Virus record (IMG/VR): IMGVR_UViG_3300006793_000015
Span: 32,001-96,000 of that record
DNA: 64,000 nt
Reading direction: 5' to 3' (one strand)
From: a virus
Shown: positions 64,000 to 64,000 of the stretch, one piece after another
How positions within the stretch are numbered: position 1 is the first letter of the stretch
Layout: each line of letters starts with the position of its first letter
Position numbers and translations under genes: made by a program
The notes under the pieces: generated by a model
Database searches by the model: none
The model's input: the letters and a program-made list of their open reading frames with translations, nothing else
Told to the model about the DNA's origin: nothing

Positions 64000-64000
64000 A

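Larger units (their letters stand above)
1..64000. mobile_element. Fragment of a large T4-like myovirus genome (structural, late-transcription and recombination modules)
   Basis: Recognisable portal, prohead protease, scaffold, major capsid, gp6/gp25/gp5/gp53, gp55, gp46/47, gp14/15 homologues; TATAAATA late promoters; dense coding; no host housekeeping genes or integrase. Confidence 0.96.

Noticed and set aside
1-64000. Stop-codon reassignment as in some large phages
   Set aside because: Core genes are full length in code 11 and TAA, TAG and TGA all end genes

Overview
This 64-kb window is part of a large, AT-rich T4-like (gp55/gp23-type) myovirus genome read in the standard genetic code; no host genes, rRNA, tRNA, CRISPR array or integrase were recognised. 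From left to right it carries: a leftward glycosyltransferase-like cluster; a leftward tail/baseplate operon (fibre-like proteins, a 4,927-aa giant baseplate/fibre protein, gp6-, gp25-, gp5-, hub- and gp53-like genes); a rightward block of late sigma factor gp55, gp47/gp46, an Hc1-like protein and a Holliday-junction-resolvase-like nuclease; a ~450-nt highly structured non-coding segment; an ATE/Bpt-like aminoacyl-transferase; a gp26-like chaperone with a slippery -1 frameshift site; a tape-measure-like gene; the head module (portal, core, protease, scaffold, capsid); a run of modular fibre/decoration proteins; and a leftward NUDIX/gp15/gp14 block. The strongest candidates for undescribed biology are (1) the structured RNA-like element at ~34,845-35,180, (2) a chimeric gene that duplicates the N-terminus and upstream region of the prohead core gene in front of an unrelated cargo domain, (3) the programmed -1 frameshift in the gp26-like chaperone, and (4) the phage-borne ATE-like transferase. 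All functional calls come from motif recognition and synteny by eye; no database search or folding program was run.
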